Part shown: positions 9,133-18,797 of the stretch, in pieces
How positions within the stretch are numbered: the stretch's first letter is position 1
How the letters are laid out: the number at the start of each line of letters is the position of its first letter
Assembly (NCBI GenBank): GCA_947449135.1
Contig: CANFQO010000002.1
Coordinates: 86,045-150,044, forward strand
Direction of reading: 5' to 3'
Source: Planctomycetaceae bacterium
GTDB lineage: Bacteria > Planctomycetota > Planctomycetia > Pirellulales > UBA1268
DNA: 64,000 nt
The notes under the pieces: model-generated
Told to the model about the DNA's origin: nothing
What the model saw: the letters and a program-made list of their open reading frames with translations, nothing else
Databases searched by the model: none
Made by a program: the position numbers and the translations under genes

Positions 9133-10947
9133 ATGGTTGACGTGAATGGTGCGGTGAAGAGGCTGCCGGCGCGGGGCGACGTGGCCGTGGGAGATACATG
9201 GGATCTCAGCAGTCTGTTTTCGTCTGATGTCGCATGGTCGGCAGCATTGGCCGAGTGGGAGAAGCGGATTCCGGGGTTTGCGGCATTCGCCGGCACGCTC
9301 GGTTCGTCGCCCGAGCGGCTTGCGGAGTGTCTGGCCTACGACCTGAGCGTCGACCGCGAGGGGGACAGGCTTGGCACCTATGCCCACCTGCGGGCCAGTG
9401 AGGACCAGGCGGCTGCGGACCCGCAGCGGATGACGGGTCGCTTCCAGCATGTCGCCACGCTGGCCGGCGAGAAGGCCAGTTTCATTCGCCCAGAGATCAT
9501 GGCGATCCCGCCCGAAACGCTCTCGGCGTGGATGAAGCTTCCCGTGCTCGCCGACTACCGACTGCTCCTTGAACGGCTGACGCGAACGCGGCCGCACGTG
9601 CTCTCGGAGCCGGAGGAAAAACTGTTGGCAATGCAGGGTAGCTTTGCCGGCACCGCGGGAAAGGTATTCAGGCAGTTGACCGACGCCGATATGAAGTTCG
9701 GCAGCGTGACCACCGGCGATGGAAATCAGATTGAACTGTCGAATGCGACGTTCGTGACACTCCTGCACGACAGTTCGCGGGAGGTGCGACGAACGGCCTT
9801 TCAGCAGTATTACGCCCAGTACGAAGCCCACGCCAACACGCTGGCCGCCACCCTGTCTGGCTCCAACGAGCGCGATGTCTATGCGGCAAAAGTCCGGCGT
9901 TACCCGAGCGCCGTCGAGGCGGCCCTGTTTGCCGACAACGTGCCGATCGCCGTATACGATCAGCTGATCACGGCAGTCCACGCCCACCTGCCCGCCGTCC
10001 ACCGGTATTACGACCTGAGAAAGCGGATTCTCGGGCTCGAAGACATCCACCACTACGACTGCTATGTGCCGCTGGTGCCTGAACTCGAGCAACGACACAG
10101 CTGGAACGACGCGGTGCGGGTGGTGATCGAATCGCTTGCCCCGCTCGGGGCTGATTACAGCACGCAGTTGGAGCGCGGATTGCTTGGCCGCTGGTGTGAC
10201 CGCTACCCCAATGCGGGCAAGCAGTCGGGCGCCTTCAGTTCGGGCACCTATGACTCCGACCCCTACATCCTGATGAATTTCCAGGAGGAGGCGATCGAGC
10301 ATGTATTCACGCTTGCGCACGAGGCGGGCCACTCGATGCACACACGGTATTCGGCCGAAGCCCAGCCCTACCACTACTCCGGCTACACGATCTTCGTCGC
10401 GGAGGTGGCCAGCACGTTCAACGAACAGCTGCTGACGCGGCTCTTGCTCACGCGGGCGACATCGGCCAAAGAACGGGCTGCGATCATTGCGCGGGAGATC
10501 GACTCCATCCGCGCCACGATCGTGAGGCAGACGATGTTCGCGGAGTTCGAGCGGAAGAGCCATGCCTCGGCCGAGGCAGGCGAGCCGCTCACGCTGGAAC
10601 GGCTCAGGACGATCTACCGTGAACTGCTCGACGCCTACTTCGGCCCGCGGTTTGCCATCGACAAGCAACTGGAACTTGAGTGCCTCCGCATCCCGCACTT
10701 CTACAACGCTTTCTACGTCTACAAGTATGCCACCGGCCTGTCGGCAGCGATCACGCTGGCCAAGCGGGTGGCCGAGGGGGGAGAGAAGGAGCTCGAGGCC
10801 TATCTGGCGTTCCTCAAGGGCGGCTGCTCGAAGTGGCCGCTTGATCTGCTCCGCGATGCGGGCGTGGATCTTGAGAAGCCGGAACCGGTGGCGATCGCGC
10901 TGACGCGGTTCAGCGAACTCGTCGACGAATTGGGGACCCTGCTGTAG
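9133..10947 (+). CDS. pepF: Oligoendopeptidase F (M3B family)
   Basis: Zinc motif HEAGHSMH, 604 aa, M3B-like layout. A GAGGTGA SD lies just upstream of ATG 9133. Confidence 0.85.
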   Translation: MVDVNGAVKRLPARGDVAVGDTWDLSSLFSSDVAWSAALAEWEKRIPGFAAFAGTLGSSPERLAECLAYDLSVDREGDRLGTYAHLRASEDQAAADPQRMTGRFQHVATLAGEKASFIRPEIMAIPPETLSAWMKLPVLADYRLLLERLTRTRPHVLSEPEEKLLAMQGSFAGTAGKVFRQLTDADMKFGSVTTGDGNQIELSNATFVTLLHDSSREVRRTAFQQYYAQYEAHANTLAATLSGSNERDVYAAKVRRYPSAVEAALFADNVPIAVYDQLITAVHAHLPAVHRYYDLRKRILGLEDIHHYDCYVPLVPELEQRHSWNDAVRVVIESLAPLGADYSTQLERGLLGRWCDRYPNAGKQSGAFSSGTYDSDPYILMNFQEEAIEHVFTLAHEAGHSMHTRYSAEAQPYHYSGYTIFVAEVASTFNEQLLTRLLLTRATSAKERAAIIAREIDSIRATIVRQTMFAEFERKSHASAEAGEPLTLERLRTIYRELLDAYFGPRFAIDKQLELECLRIPHFYNAFYVYKYATGLSAAITLAKRVAEGGEKELEAYLAFLKGGCSKWPLDLLRDAGVDLEKPEPVAIALTRFSELVDELGTLL

Positions 10948-10968
10948 GGCAGGGGGTGTCGCCCGAAC

Positions 10969-12477
10969 TTATTCCGGTCCCCGCGCCAGTTCTACCAGCG
11001 GCCGCACGAAGGAGCCGGTGCCACCGCCGTCGGTCCAGGGGCGGGGCTTCTCCGCGAATGCCGGTCCGGCGATGTCGACATGGGTCCAGGGGATGCCACC
11101 CACAAACCGCTCAAGGAACTTCGCGGCCGTGATCGCGCCACCCCAACGACCGTCGCCCACGTTCTTGATGTCGGCGACGTCGCTCCTGATCTGGTCATCG
11201 TAGTCGGCATACATCGGCAACTGCCAGACAGGCTCCCCCACGGCGCGGGCTGCCTCGGCGACATCGTTGCAGCAGTCCTGGTCGTTGCTGAACAGCCCCG
11301 CGACATCGTGGCCGAGTGCCACCATGCAGGCACCCGTGAGTGTGGCAGCATCGATGATCCGCTTTGGCTTGAAGCCACGGACCACATCGAGCACATCCGC
11401 CAGCACGACCCGTCCTTCCGCGTCGGTGTTGTGAATCTCGATGGTCGTGCCGCTCCGTGCGGTGATCACGTCGCCGAGCTTGTAGGCGGCCGGACCGGTC
11501 ATGTTTTCAACCAAGCCGATGGCGGCCACGAGGTTGACCGGTAGCTTGAGGGCAGCGATCGTGGCGGCCGCCGCCAAGACGGCGGCGCCTCCTGACATGT
11601 CGCACTTCATCGTCAGCATCGACTCGGACGGCTTGAGCGATAGCCCGCCAGAATCGAACGTCACGCCCTTGCCAACGAACGCCAAGTCGGGCTGGTCGGC
11701 CTGCGCGCCCGGCCCACGGTATCGGAGGATGACGAGCCTGGGAGGTCGGTTGCTGCCCCGTCCCACCGCGAGGATCGCCTGGCAGCGTTCCCGCGACAAC
11801 TGTTCCTCGTCCCAGATCTCGACCTCCATGCCGGTGCGACCTGCCGCGGAGGCCGCTTCTTCGGAAAAGGTCTGGGGATAGAGGTCGTCGGGCGGCATGT
11901 TGACCAGCCGCCGGGCGAGGTTCACTCCTTCGCTGATCACCACGCCGCGGGCGACCGCTTCGGGTGGCGCCACCAGCCAGACGGTGCTGCCGAAGCGTGT
12001 CCGTTTCTTTTCCGTCCGGTAGAGATCCTGGCCCACCATGCCGACCGCCGCACCGGCCACCGCCTGCTCCGTCTGCCTGGTCGTCCAGGAGCCATCGGCA
12101 ACGAATACCACCTTCGCCCGTGGCCGACCGGCGAGATGCCGAGCGGCGGTTGCCGCCGCTCGGTAGATCACACCCGCATCGACCTCTTCGCGTTTGCCGA
12201 GGCCCACCACCACGATCTGGCCAGCCTTGAGCCCGGGGGCGGCAAGGATCGGCACGCACTCATACCGTTTGCCGGTGATCTCGCCAGCAGCGACCAGCCG
12301 GGAGAGGAGTCCGCCGGTGGTTGCATCGATCTCAGCAATGGCACCGGAGCCAACGCCACCTTCGGTGAGAAATGTCACGACGGCGTCGGCCTCGATCGCT
12401 GTCGGCCGCGCGGCCGGATCGGCGATGATGCCGCCAGCGGCGCCGCCGGTGCGGAGGTGCGAGAATTCGTGGGTCAT
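10969..12477 (-). CDS. pepA: Leucyl aminopeptidase (M17)
   Basis: M17 signatures VGKGVTFDSGG and NTDAEGRVVLAD. ATG 12477 overlaps the stop of the upstream RND gene (ATGA at 12474-12477). ORF-track start 12540 is rejected. Confidence 0.9.
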   Translation of the reverse strand: MTHEFSHLRTGGAAGGIIADPAARPTAIEADAVVTFLTEGGVGSGAIAEIDATTGGLLSRLVAAGEITGKRYECVPILAAPGLKAGQIVVVGLGKREEVDAGVIYRAAATAARHLAGRPRAKVVFVADGSWTTRQTEQAVAGAAVGMVGQDLYRTEKKRTRFGSTVWLVAPPEAVARGVVISEGVNLARRLVNMPPDDLYPQTFSEEAASAAGRTGMEVEIWDEEQLSRERCQAILAVGRGSNRPPRLVILRYRGPGAQADQPDLAFVGKGVTFDSGGLSLKPSESMLTMKCDMSGGAAVLAAAATIAALKLPVNLVAAIGLVENMTGPAAYKLGDVITARSGTTIEIHNTDAEGRVVLADVLDVVRGFKPKRIIDAATLTGACMVALGHDVAGLFSNDQDCCNDVAEAARAVGEPVWQLPMYADYDDQIRSDVADIKNVGDGRWGGAITAAKFLERFVGGIPWTHVDIAGPAFAEKPRPWTDGGGTGSFVRPLVELARGPE

Positions 12478-14840
12478 CGGTCGCTCCTGACGGTGGGGGA
12501 AGGAAGCGACGAATGTAGCGGGTTTTCGGCGGCACGACATCCCGGCTCAAGCCAGGGGGCGAGCAGAGAGAGCAGCACGGGGAGCACGACGAGGTTGCCG
12601 AACAGCCCGCCCGTGAGCGTGAGGCAGGAAAGCGCCCCGAACGACACGGTGGGGATGAAGCCGCTGGTGGTGAGCGCAAGAAACCCCACCACCAACGCGA
12701 GCGTTGAGAAGATCATCGCCCGGCCGGCAGTCTGGTGGGCGGTTTCGAGCGCGGCGGGAATCGTCTGGCCAGCTGCCAGACGGCGGCGGAAGGCCGCGAG
12801 GTAGTGGATGGAACTATCGACCGATAGCCCCATGGAGACCGCGGCGATCATCGCCGTTCCCATGTTGATGCGGTCTCCCACCCAGCCAAGCAGGCCGAGC
12901 ACCACGAAGATCGGCAGGGCGTTGGGCACAAGCGCCACCGTTGCCAGGAGCAGACTCCGAAAGCTGGCTGCCAGGAGCAGGAAAATTCCCGCAGCGGCGA
13001 GAAAGAACGTGAGCCACTGGTCGGAGAGCATCCGGTCCACGAGTTGCGAGAGCAGCACGAAGAAGCCCGTGACCTCTCCGGCGGGCCGGTCGCCCCGTGC
13101 TGGAAATTCATCGGACACGATCCGGTTTACCTGCGTGATGATGGCGCGTTTCTGTGGCGCGGGCTGGCGTTCGTGGGCCCGCAGCATCATCCGCAGCCAG
13201 GTCGACCCGTCCTCGGGATCGTGGCCGATGAACGTGCGGCTCAGTTGTGGGACCTGCTTCTGAATCAGGTCGAGCGCCCCGTTCACGAGCCAATTGCCCA
13301 GCCGCGTGCTCTGCAATCGTTCCAGCGAAATCGGCGACACGGCCGCCACCACGTCGGCCAGGCTCATCACCTTCGTGAGGGCTGGCACGGGACGGCCTTC
13401 GGGATTGGGAATCGTGACCTCGGTCCGCAGCCTGTGCCCCAGCCTCGCCATGGCGCCAAGCACCTCCCCGTCGATCGCCTCGCCAGCCGGCAGAAGCACA
13501 TCCCATACGCCGGCGCCGCCCAGCCGCGACTCGATCATGTCGTAGGAAGCGACCACCGGGCTCGACTGGCGGAAGTTACGCGTGAAATCGGTTTCCACCT
13601 CCAGCCAACGCATGCCCATCACCGCCACCGTCACGAGCAGCGTCGATCCCAGCAGAATGGGGCCAGGATGCCGCACGATCCGCTGCACCAGACCGTCGAG
13701 CCCCAGTTCGAGCACGCCCTCGCCCCAGGCCCGCTGAGGATCCGCGTCGAAACGTCCGTAGAGCGCCAGGAACGGGACCACGAGTGCCGCCGCCACGAGC
13801 ACCATCACCGCCCCAACGCTCGTCATGATGCCGAAGTCGTGGACCGGCCCCACGCGGCTGGCAATGAGCGACCCGAAGCCTATGACGTCGGTGGCGATCG
13901 AGCCTACCACCGGCCAGAACAGGATCGACATCGCCCGCTCGAGTGCCGCGGCCGGAGGTAGCCCCTCCTCTCGCTGTCGCCGGAATTCCACGATCACGTG
14001 CACCACGGTGGCGATCGCCACCACCGTGACCATCGCGGAAAGCATGGTCGAGACCATCGTGAGTTTGAGGCCGATCACGGCCAGCACGCCCCGCGTACTC
14101 CAGAGGGACAGGAGCACGACTGCCAACGGTACGATGAGCCAGCGTAGGCTGCGGAACGAGACGAGCAGGACGAAACCAGCCAGCAGGGCGCTGGCCGTGC
14201 CCAGAAGATTGCCGTCGCGTTTGAGCATGGCGAAACCGTCGCGGAGCATCACGGGCTCCCCGGCGACGGTGCCCGCAGGCAGCTCCGCCACGACGGCGCG
14301 GACGCGGTCAATCGCATCGGCGCGGAAGTCTGATTGTGGCGGTGAGGACGCAGCCGCAGGGGCGTCTGTCTGCATCGAGGGAGGGGCCTCGAGCACGCAG
14401 ACCACGGCCGCGGTCCGGTGGTCGGTGCCGACGGCATACCCTTCCAGAAGTTCGACAAACCGCCGCGCCGTCGGGCTCGTCTCAATCTCGATGATGCGGT
14501 TGCCCAGCGGGGTGTCGGCCAGGCTCGTCGCCGAAGCGATGCCTGGGAGTGTCGCGATCGTATCGGTCAGACTCCGCAGCCGTTCGATGCCCGCCGTGGA
14601 GAAGAGTTCAGGATCGTCGTAGGCTGCCAGCACAACCTCGCTCGAGCCAAACGTGCGAATCATCCGTCGGTAAGGCTGGAGCGCTGGATCGGTGCGGTCG
14701 AACATGGTGTCGATCGATCGGGAGAATTCAAGCCGCCGTGATTGGGCGACAGACGCGATCGTCGTCACGAGCGCGATGATGGCGAGCAGATTGCGGTGGC
14801 GCACCAGCCACCTCGCGACACGATCGGCAACCGGGGGCAT
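12474..14840 (-). CDS. MMPL/RND-superfamily transporter (HpnN-like layout)
   Basis: Two multi-TM hydrophobic blocks (about aa 210-365 and 610-765), each preceded by a TM and a soluble domain; this is the MMPL/RND pattern. Substrate unknown. Confidence 0.7.
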   Translation of the reverse strand: MPPVADRVARWLVRHRNLLAIIALVTTIASVAQSRRLEFSRSIDTMFDRTDPALQPYRRMIRTFGSSEVVLAAYDDPELFSTAGIERLRSLTDTIATLPGIASATSLADTPLGNRIIEIETSPTARRFVELLEGYAVGTDHRTAAVVCVLEAPPSMQTDAPAAASSPPQSDFRADAIDRVRAVVAELPAGTVAGEPVMLRDGFAMLKRDGNLLGTASALLAGFVLLVSFRSLRWLIVPLAVVLLSLWSTRGVLAVIGLKLTMVSTMLSAMVTVVAIATVVHVIVEFRRQREEGLPPAAALERAMSILFWPVVGSIATDVIGFGSLIASRVGPVHDFGIMTSVGAVMVLVAAALVVPFLALYGRFDADPQRAWGEGVLELGLDGLVQRIVRHPGPILLGSTLLVTVAVMGMRWLEVETDFTRNFRQSSPVVASYDMIESRLGGAGVWDVLLPAGEAIDGEVLGAMARLGHRLRTEVTIPNPEGRPVPALTKVMSLADVVAAVSPISLERLQSTRLGNWLVNGALDLIQKQVPQLSRTFIGHDPEDGSTWLRMMLRAHERQPAPQKRAIITQVNRIVSDEFPARGDRPAGEVTGFFVLLSQLVDRMLSDQWLTFFLAAAGIFLLLAASFRSLLLATVALVPNALPIFVVLGLLGWVGDRINMGTAMIAAVSMGLSVDSSIHYLAAFRRRLAAGQTIPAALETAHQTAGRAMIFSTLALVVGFLALTTSGFIPTVSFGALSCLTLTGGLFGNLVVLPVLLSLLAPWLEPGCRAAENPLHSSLPSPTVRSDR

Positions 14841-15198
14841 GAATCGGCTTTCGTGTCAGGGGATGGCAGGGAAGACAGGCGGCGGGGATGTCGGGCGGGG
14901 CCGGGGTGGCGCTGGCAAGTCGCTGGAGTGGCGGGCATGGAGCGATCCACGCAATCCGGAGGATTATGGTACCGCGGCTGGGAGAAGCAGGCTGGGCAGG
15001 CGACGTGAAGATGGAACTTGCCTGCATTGCCAAGGACACTCTTGCCCGGATCGCCCACGCTACGTTGTTTGCGAGGGCGGTGTGGAGCAGATCACGAAGG
15101 GGCCAGTCTGCGACTAATGTGGGCCGGGACGGTGCCCGCACGTCGGTAACCCCCTTTGTAGCCACGACTTGCGGAGCCTCTTGGCCGGTGGCAACGCC

Positions 15199-15228
15199 TT
15201 GACCCGTCGGCGCGGGCACTCCTATAGT
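15199..15228 (+). promoter_or_regulatory. Near-consensus sigma-70-type promoter upstream of the lptD-like gene
   Basis: TTGACC (15199-15204), an 18-nt spacer, then TATAGT (15223-15228); each hexamer matches the consensus at 5 of 6 positions. Such a match stands out in this GC-rich sequence. Confidence 0.45.
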
Positions 15229-15333
15229 CCCGCGCTTTTTCCGAACGGGCCCGTTTTCCAACCCAAGGACGCTTTCGCACGCGTGTTTTCTCTGTTTGAT
15301 CACGCCACCGCTGCGCCCCCGCGACATCGGGTT

Positions 15334-18300
15334 TTGAACCCATCGCGCCGAGGTTCTGCGCGCACGCGACGCGCTCCGCAACTGTGTTCACACGCGCGGG
15401 TCGTGGTGCTGGCGTTGGTCATGATCACGGTGCACGGAGTCACGCGGCACGCGGCGGCTCAGTCGCCAGCGACCGCTCTGCCACTGCGTGAGACAGCGAC
15501 GGCGGGCGTGCTCGCGGCCTTACCGGCACGCGGTTTGGCAGCGGCCATCGCGGAGGCGGGCAGCATTGAAGTTCCATCGGCGGATCCGCAGGAGAACGTC
15601 ACGATCAATGCCACGCAGGCCTCGCGGTGGACGGAGGGCTCCTATGACGTGTGGCACCTGACCGGTGGTGTGCGGATCAGGCAGGGAGCAACAGAAGCCA
15701 CCGCTCACGAAGCGGTGGTGTGGATCGAGCAGGAAACGGGGCCATCGGTCGACCGTGAAGCGAGAGACGAAGGCGACGAAGAACAGCCGCAATCAGCGCC
15801 GATCCGCAGCTTGCTCGTGAGGATGGCGGGAGCCGTCGCCGTACAGTCTGCGTCATCCGGTGCCGATGCCGGCACAACGACCGTCCGCGGTCCGCGCTGG
15901 ACGGGACGCTTCTGGATGCAGCGGGAGCCGACGCTCGATTTTGCCAGCGTCGTGCCGGCCGCTGGCACGCCCCCGATCTACGACGCGCCGGCTGATCGTG
16001 TTGTGCCGGTCGCGTACAACGCCGACACGGAGAACGATGCTGCCGCAGAGGAGCCGATCCAACGGGCGCAGTTCAGTGAATTCGGTGCGGCTCCGGTACC
16101 GACAGTAAACGCTGCCACCACCGCCCGTCGGCTGCGAGCCTTCCCGAGGTCGAGCGTGCCACTCAACATCCGCTGGTTCCCCAGCCCGACGGGGAGCGAG
16201 TGGGTGGCGGTGATCAACTCTGGCGTGAACCTCGTCGTGGATGGCGTTGACCCGGCCGGCCCGCTCGACATCTCCGCCGACCGGCTCGTGATCTGGACCC
16301 GCGGGCAATCCCAGCCCGATCTCGAGGGCAACGCCGCACAGGCCGGCGACGTGCCGCTGGAACTCTACATGGAGGGCAACGTTGTCTTCCGGCAGGGGCA
16401 GCGTGTTGTCGAGGCGATGAGCATGTTCTACGACGTGCCGAGGTCCAGCGGCGTGATCACCGGCGCCACGGTGCTCACACCAGTCGACAACTATTCTGGA
16501 GTGGTGCGGCTGCGGGCGGACGTGCTGCGGCAGGTCGACCGCAGCCGATTCGTTGCCCAGAAAACCGGCCTCACCTCCAGCCGCCTTGGGGTGCCAAGCT
16601 GGGAGTTTCGCTCCCGTGAGCTCGAGTTTACCGATGAGCAGGTGCCATTGGCCGGTCCCGGCGGTCAGCCGGCAATAGACCCGGTGACGGGTGAGCCGGC
16701 AGTCGAGCATCAACAGTTCATCACCAGTCGCGGCAACACCTTCACGCTTGGCGGCGTGCCGGTGCTCTGGTGGCCGGTACTGGCGACCAATGCGAAAAAG
16801 CCCACCTTCTATATCAATAACGCACAGATCAAGAACGACCGCATCTTCGGTACGCAGTTGCTCACCAGTTGGGACGCCTTTCAGGTCTTTGGCTGGCGGC
16901 GGCCGCCAGATGGGGTCGACTGGGATTTCGACGTCGACTACCTCAGCAAACGCGGCCCCGGCGGCGGCACGTCGCTGCTCTACAATCGGTCCGACTTCCT
17001 CGGCTACGGCGGGCCCACCAGCGGCGACCTCGACGCGTGGTTCATCGGTGACGTCGGTCAGGACAACCTCGGCCTCAACCGTCGCGACTTCACGTATCCC
17101 GGCTATCCCGACCGGACGTTCCGCGGCCGCTCGTTCTGGCGACACCGGCAGGATCTCGGCGGCAGCACCGACAGCTTCTTCGGGGGCTGGCAGCTCCGTG
17201 GTACGGCTGGCTGGATCAGCGACATGAACTTCCTCGAGGAATATTACGAGGCGGAGTGGGAGGAAGGCTACGAGCAGCGCACGTGGCTCGACCTACGGCG
17301 GCCGATCGAGAACCGCGAACTGCGACTGCTCACCAGCGCCCGAGTGAATCCGTTCTTCACCCAGAGCGAGTGGTGGCCGCGGCTCGACCATTACTGGCTG
17401 GGACAACCGCTCTTGCAGGATACCCTGACCTGGTACCAGCACTCCGGCGTGTCGTACGTGCGGCAGAACCTGCCACAGACGCCCACGGCAGGGCAGGGGC
17501 TCGGTATTTGGACGACGCTCCCCTATGAAAACAACGTCATCGGCGAGCGGCTGGCGACGCGGCACGAGATCGACCTGCCGTTCCAGGCGGGGGCGGTGAA
17601 GATCGTCCCCTACGCGCTTGGCGAACTGGCGCACTGGGGCCAGGACATCACGCAATCGCCAATCGATAGGGCGTATGGGCAAGTGGGTATTCGGTCGACG
17701 CTGCCGATGTGGACGTCGGACAACACAGTGGAGAGCCAGCTCTGGAACGTCCACGGCATCGCCCACAAGGTGGTGTGGGAGGCGGAGTTTTCCTATGCCA
17801 ACAGCTCGCAGAGCATCGATCAGTTCCCGCTCTATGATCAGATCGACGACGATACGATCAACCAATACCGCCGCAACATTCCCTACTGGGATTACGGCGC
17901 GATCCCCGGGCAGACGACGCCGCTGGGTACGCCCTTCGTCTTCGGTCCGAGCAACAAGTACGACCCGCGGACCTATGCCGTCCGCCGCGGCATGGGCGGC
18001 TGGGTGACCGGTCCGACGGAGATTGCCAACGATCTCAGCGTCTTCCGGCTGGGAGCCCGACAGCGCTGGCAGACGAAGCGCGGCCCGATGGGCAACCGCC
18101 GGATCATCGACTGGATCGTCTTCGACGTGGACGGCGAACTCTTTCCGACGACGAGCCAGAACTTCGGGCAGACGCTCGGCCTCTGGCAGTACGACTTCCG
18201 CTGGCACGTGGGCGACCGCACCACGCTGCTCTCCACGGCCGACGTCGACTTCTTCACCGGTGGGCAGCAGCTCTACACCGTTGGCGCGCTGCTCAACCGC

Positions 18301-18633
18301 ACGCCGCGGGGCAGCTTTTACATCGGGTTCAATGAATTCGGCGGCCCGATTCAGGCGAGCGTCCTGACCGGGTCCTATACCTATCGGATGAGTCCCAAGT
18401 GGGCGAGCTCCTTCGGCACGGCGATCAACCTGACGGGGAACAACATCGGGCAGAATTTCCAGCTCGTGCGGATCGGCGAGTCGTTCCTGATGACGTTTGG
18501 CTTTAACGTCGACTACAGCCGCAACAACGTGGGCTTCACGTTCAACCTCGAGCCACGATTCCTGTCGCGGACGCAGTTCGCCAGCCGCACCGGCCTCGAC
18601 ATCCCGATGGCGGGTGCTTACGGGCTGGAGTAA
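15334..18633 (+). CDS. LPS-assembly outer-membrane protein LptD-like (large)
   Basis: N-terminal OstA-like segments (WHLTGGVRIRQG, LELYMEGNVVFRQGQRVVEA). A central VPVLWWPVLATNAKKPTFYINNAQIKNDRIFGTQL resembles the LptD barrel entry, and the C-terminal part is long and beta-rich. The start is uncertain. The promoter at 15199-15228 excludes ATG 15169. TTG 15334 would give an Arg-rich n-region followed by VVVLALVMITV and AAA-Q. GTG 15403 and ATG 15421 are alternatives. Confidence 0.55.
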   Translation: MNPSRRGSARTRRAPQLCSHARVVVLALVMITVHGVTRHAAAQSPATALPLRETATAGVLAALPARGLAAAIAEAGSIEVPSADPQENVTINATQASRWTEGSYDVWHLTGGVRIRQGATEATAHEAVVWIEQETGPSVDREARDEGDEEQPQSAPIRSLLVRMAGAVAVQSASSGADAGTTTVRGPRWTGRFWMQREPTLDFASVVPAAGTPPIYDAPADRVVPVAYNADTENDAAAEEPIQRAQFSEFGAAPVPTVNAATTARRLRAFPRSSVPLNIRWFPSPTGSEWVAVINSGVNLVVDGVDPAGPLDISADRLVIWTRGQSQPDLEGNAAQAGDVPLELYMEGNVVFRQGQRVVEAMSMFYDVPRSSGVITGATVLTPVDNYSGVVRLRADVLRQVDRSRFVAQKTGLTSSRLGVPSWEFRSRELEFTDEQVPLAGPGGQPAIDPVTGEPAVEHQQFITSRGNTFTLGGVPVLWWPVLATNAKKPTFYINNAQIKNDRIFGTQLLTSWDAFQVFGWRRPPDGVDWDFDVDYLSKRGPGGGTSLLYNRSDFLGYGGPTSGDLDAWFIGDVGQDNLGLNRRDFTYPGYPDRTFRGRSFWRHRQDLGGSTDSFFGGWQLRGTAGWISDMNFLEEYYEAEWEEGYEQRTWLDLRRPIENRELRLLTSARVNPFFTQSEWWPRLDHYWLGQPLLQDTLTWYQHSGVSYVRQNLPQTPTAGQGLGIWTTLPYENNVIGERLATRHEIDLPFQAGAVKIVPYALGELAHWGQDITQSPIDRAYGQVGIRSTLPMWTSDNTVESQLWNVHGIAHKVVWEAEFSYANSSQSIDQFPLYDQIDDDTINQYRRNIPYWDYGAIPGQTTPLGTPFVFGPSNKYDPRTYAVRRGMGGWVTGPTEIANDLSVFRLGARQRWQTKRGPMGNRRIIDWIVFDVDGELFPTTSQNFGQTLGLWQYDFRWHVGDRTTLLSTADVDFFTGGQQLYTVGALLNRTPRGSFYIGFNEFGGPIQASVLTGSYTYRMSPKWASSFGTAINLTGNNIGQNFQLVRIGESFLMTFGFNVDYSRNNVGFTFNLEPRFLSRTQFASRTGLDIPMAGAYGLE

Positions 18634-18684
18634 GCACCATCCCACGTGCTATGCCAGTCCGGGAAAAGCCCAACGACCCGGTGT

Positions 18685-18712
18685 CCCCGGACTTCCGTCC
18701 GGGGCTTTTTGT
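18685..18712 (+). terminator. Intrinsic terminator downstream of lptD-like gene
   Basis: CCCCGGAC-TTCC-GTCCGGGG stem-loop (18685-18704) followed by CTTTTTGT, 52 nt after the stop codon. Confidence 0.6.
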
Positions 18713-18746
18713 CACGAATGACGTTACCGTCGGTGGTGGCGTGCCC

Positions 18747-18778
18747 AGAAACAAGAAGCCCCCGGCGGGAGCCGGGGG
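18747..18778 (-). terminator. Intrinsic terminator downstream of the minus-strand permease gene
   Basis: On the minus strand, CCCCCGGC-TCCC-GCCGGGGG is followed by CTTCTTGTTTCT. The hairpin begins 20 nt after the stop at 18798. Confidence 0.55.
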
Positions 18779-18797
18779 ACTCCGGGTGAGAAGCGGC

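Noticed and set aside
8974-10698. 574-aa minus-strand ORF opposite pepF. Similar cases are 192..1121, 5064..6608, 15853..17145, 17293..18645, 18651..19841, 38219..39601, 49001..50518 and 53106..54329.
   Set aside because: Each overlaps a motif-supported gene on the other strand and translates to low-complexity Arg/Pro/Gly-rich sequence. Two of them (38219..39601 and 49001..50518) also read straight through the non-coding repeat copies.
10948-10968. GGGGGTGTCGCCC motif after the pepF stop, resembling GGGGGTGTCGCTCC after the rlmKL stop (39205-39218)
   Set aside because: There are only two occurrences of a short GC-rich string. The first overlaps the 21-nt gap and the coding end of pepA. That is too little evidence to call a motif.
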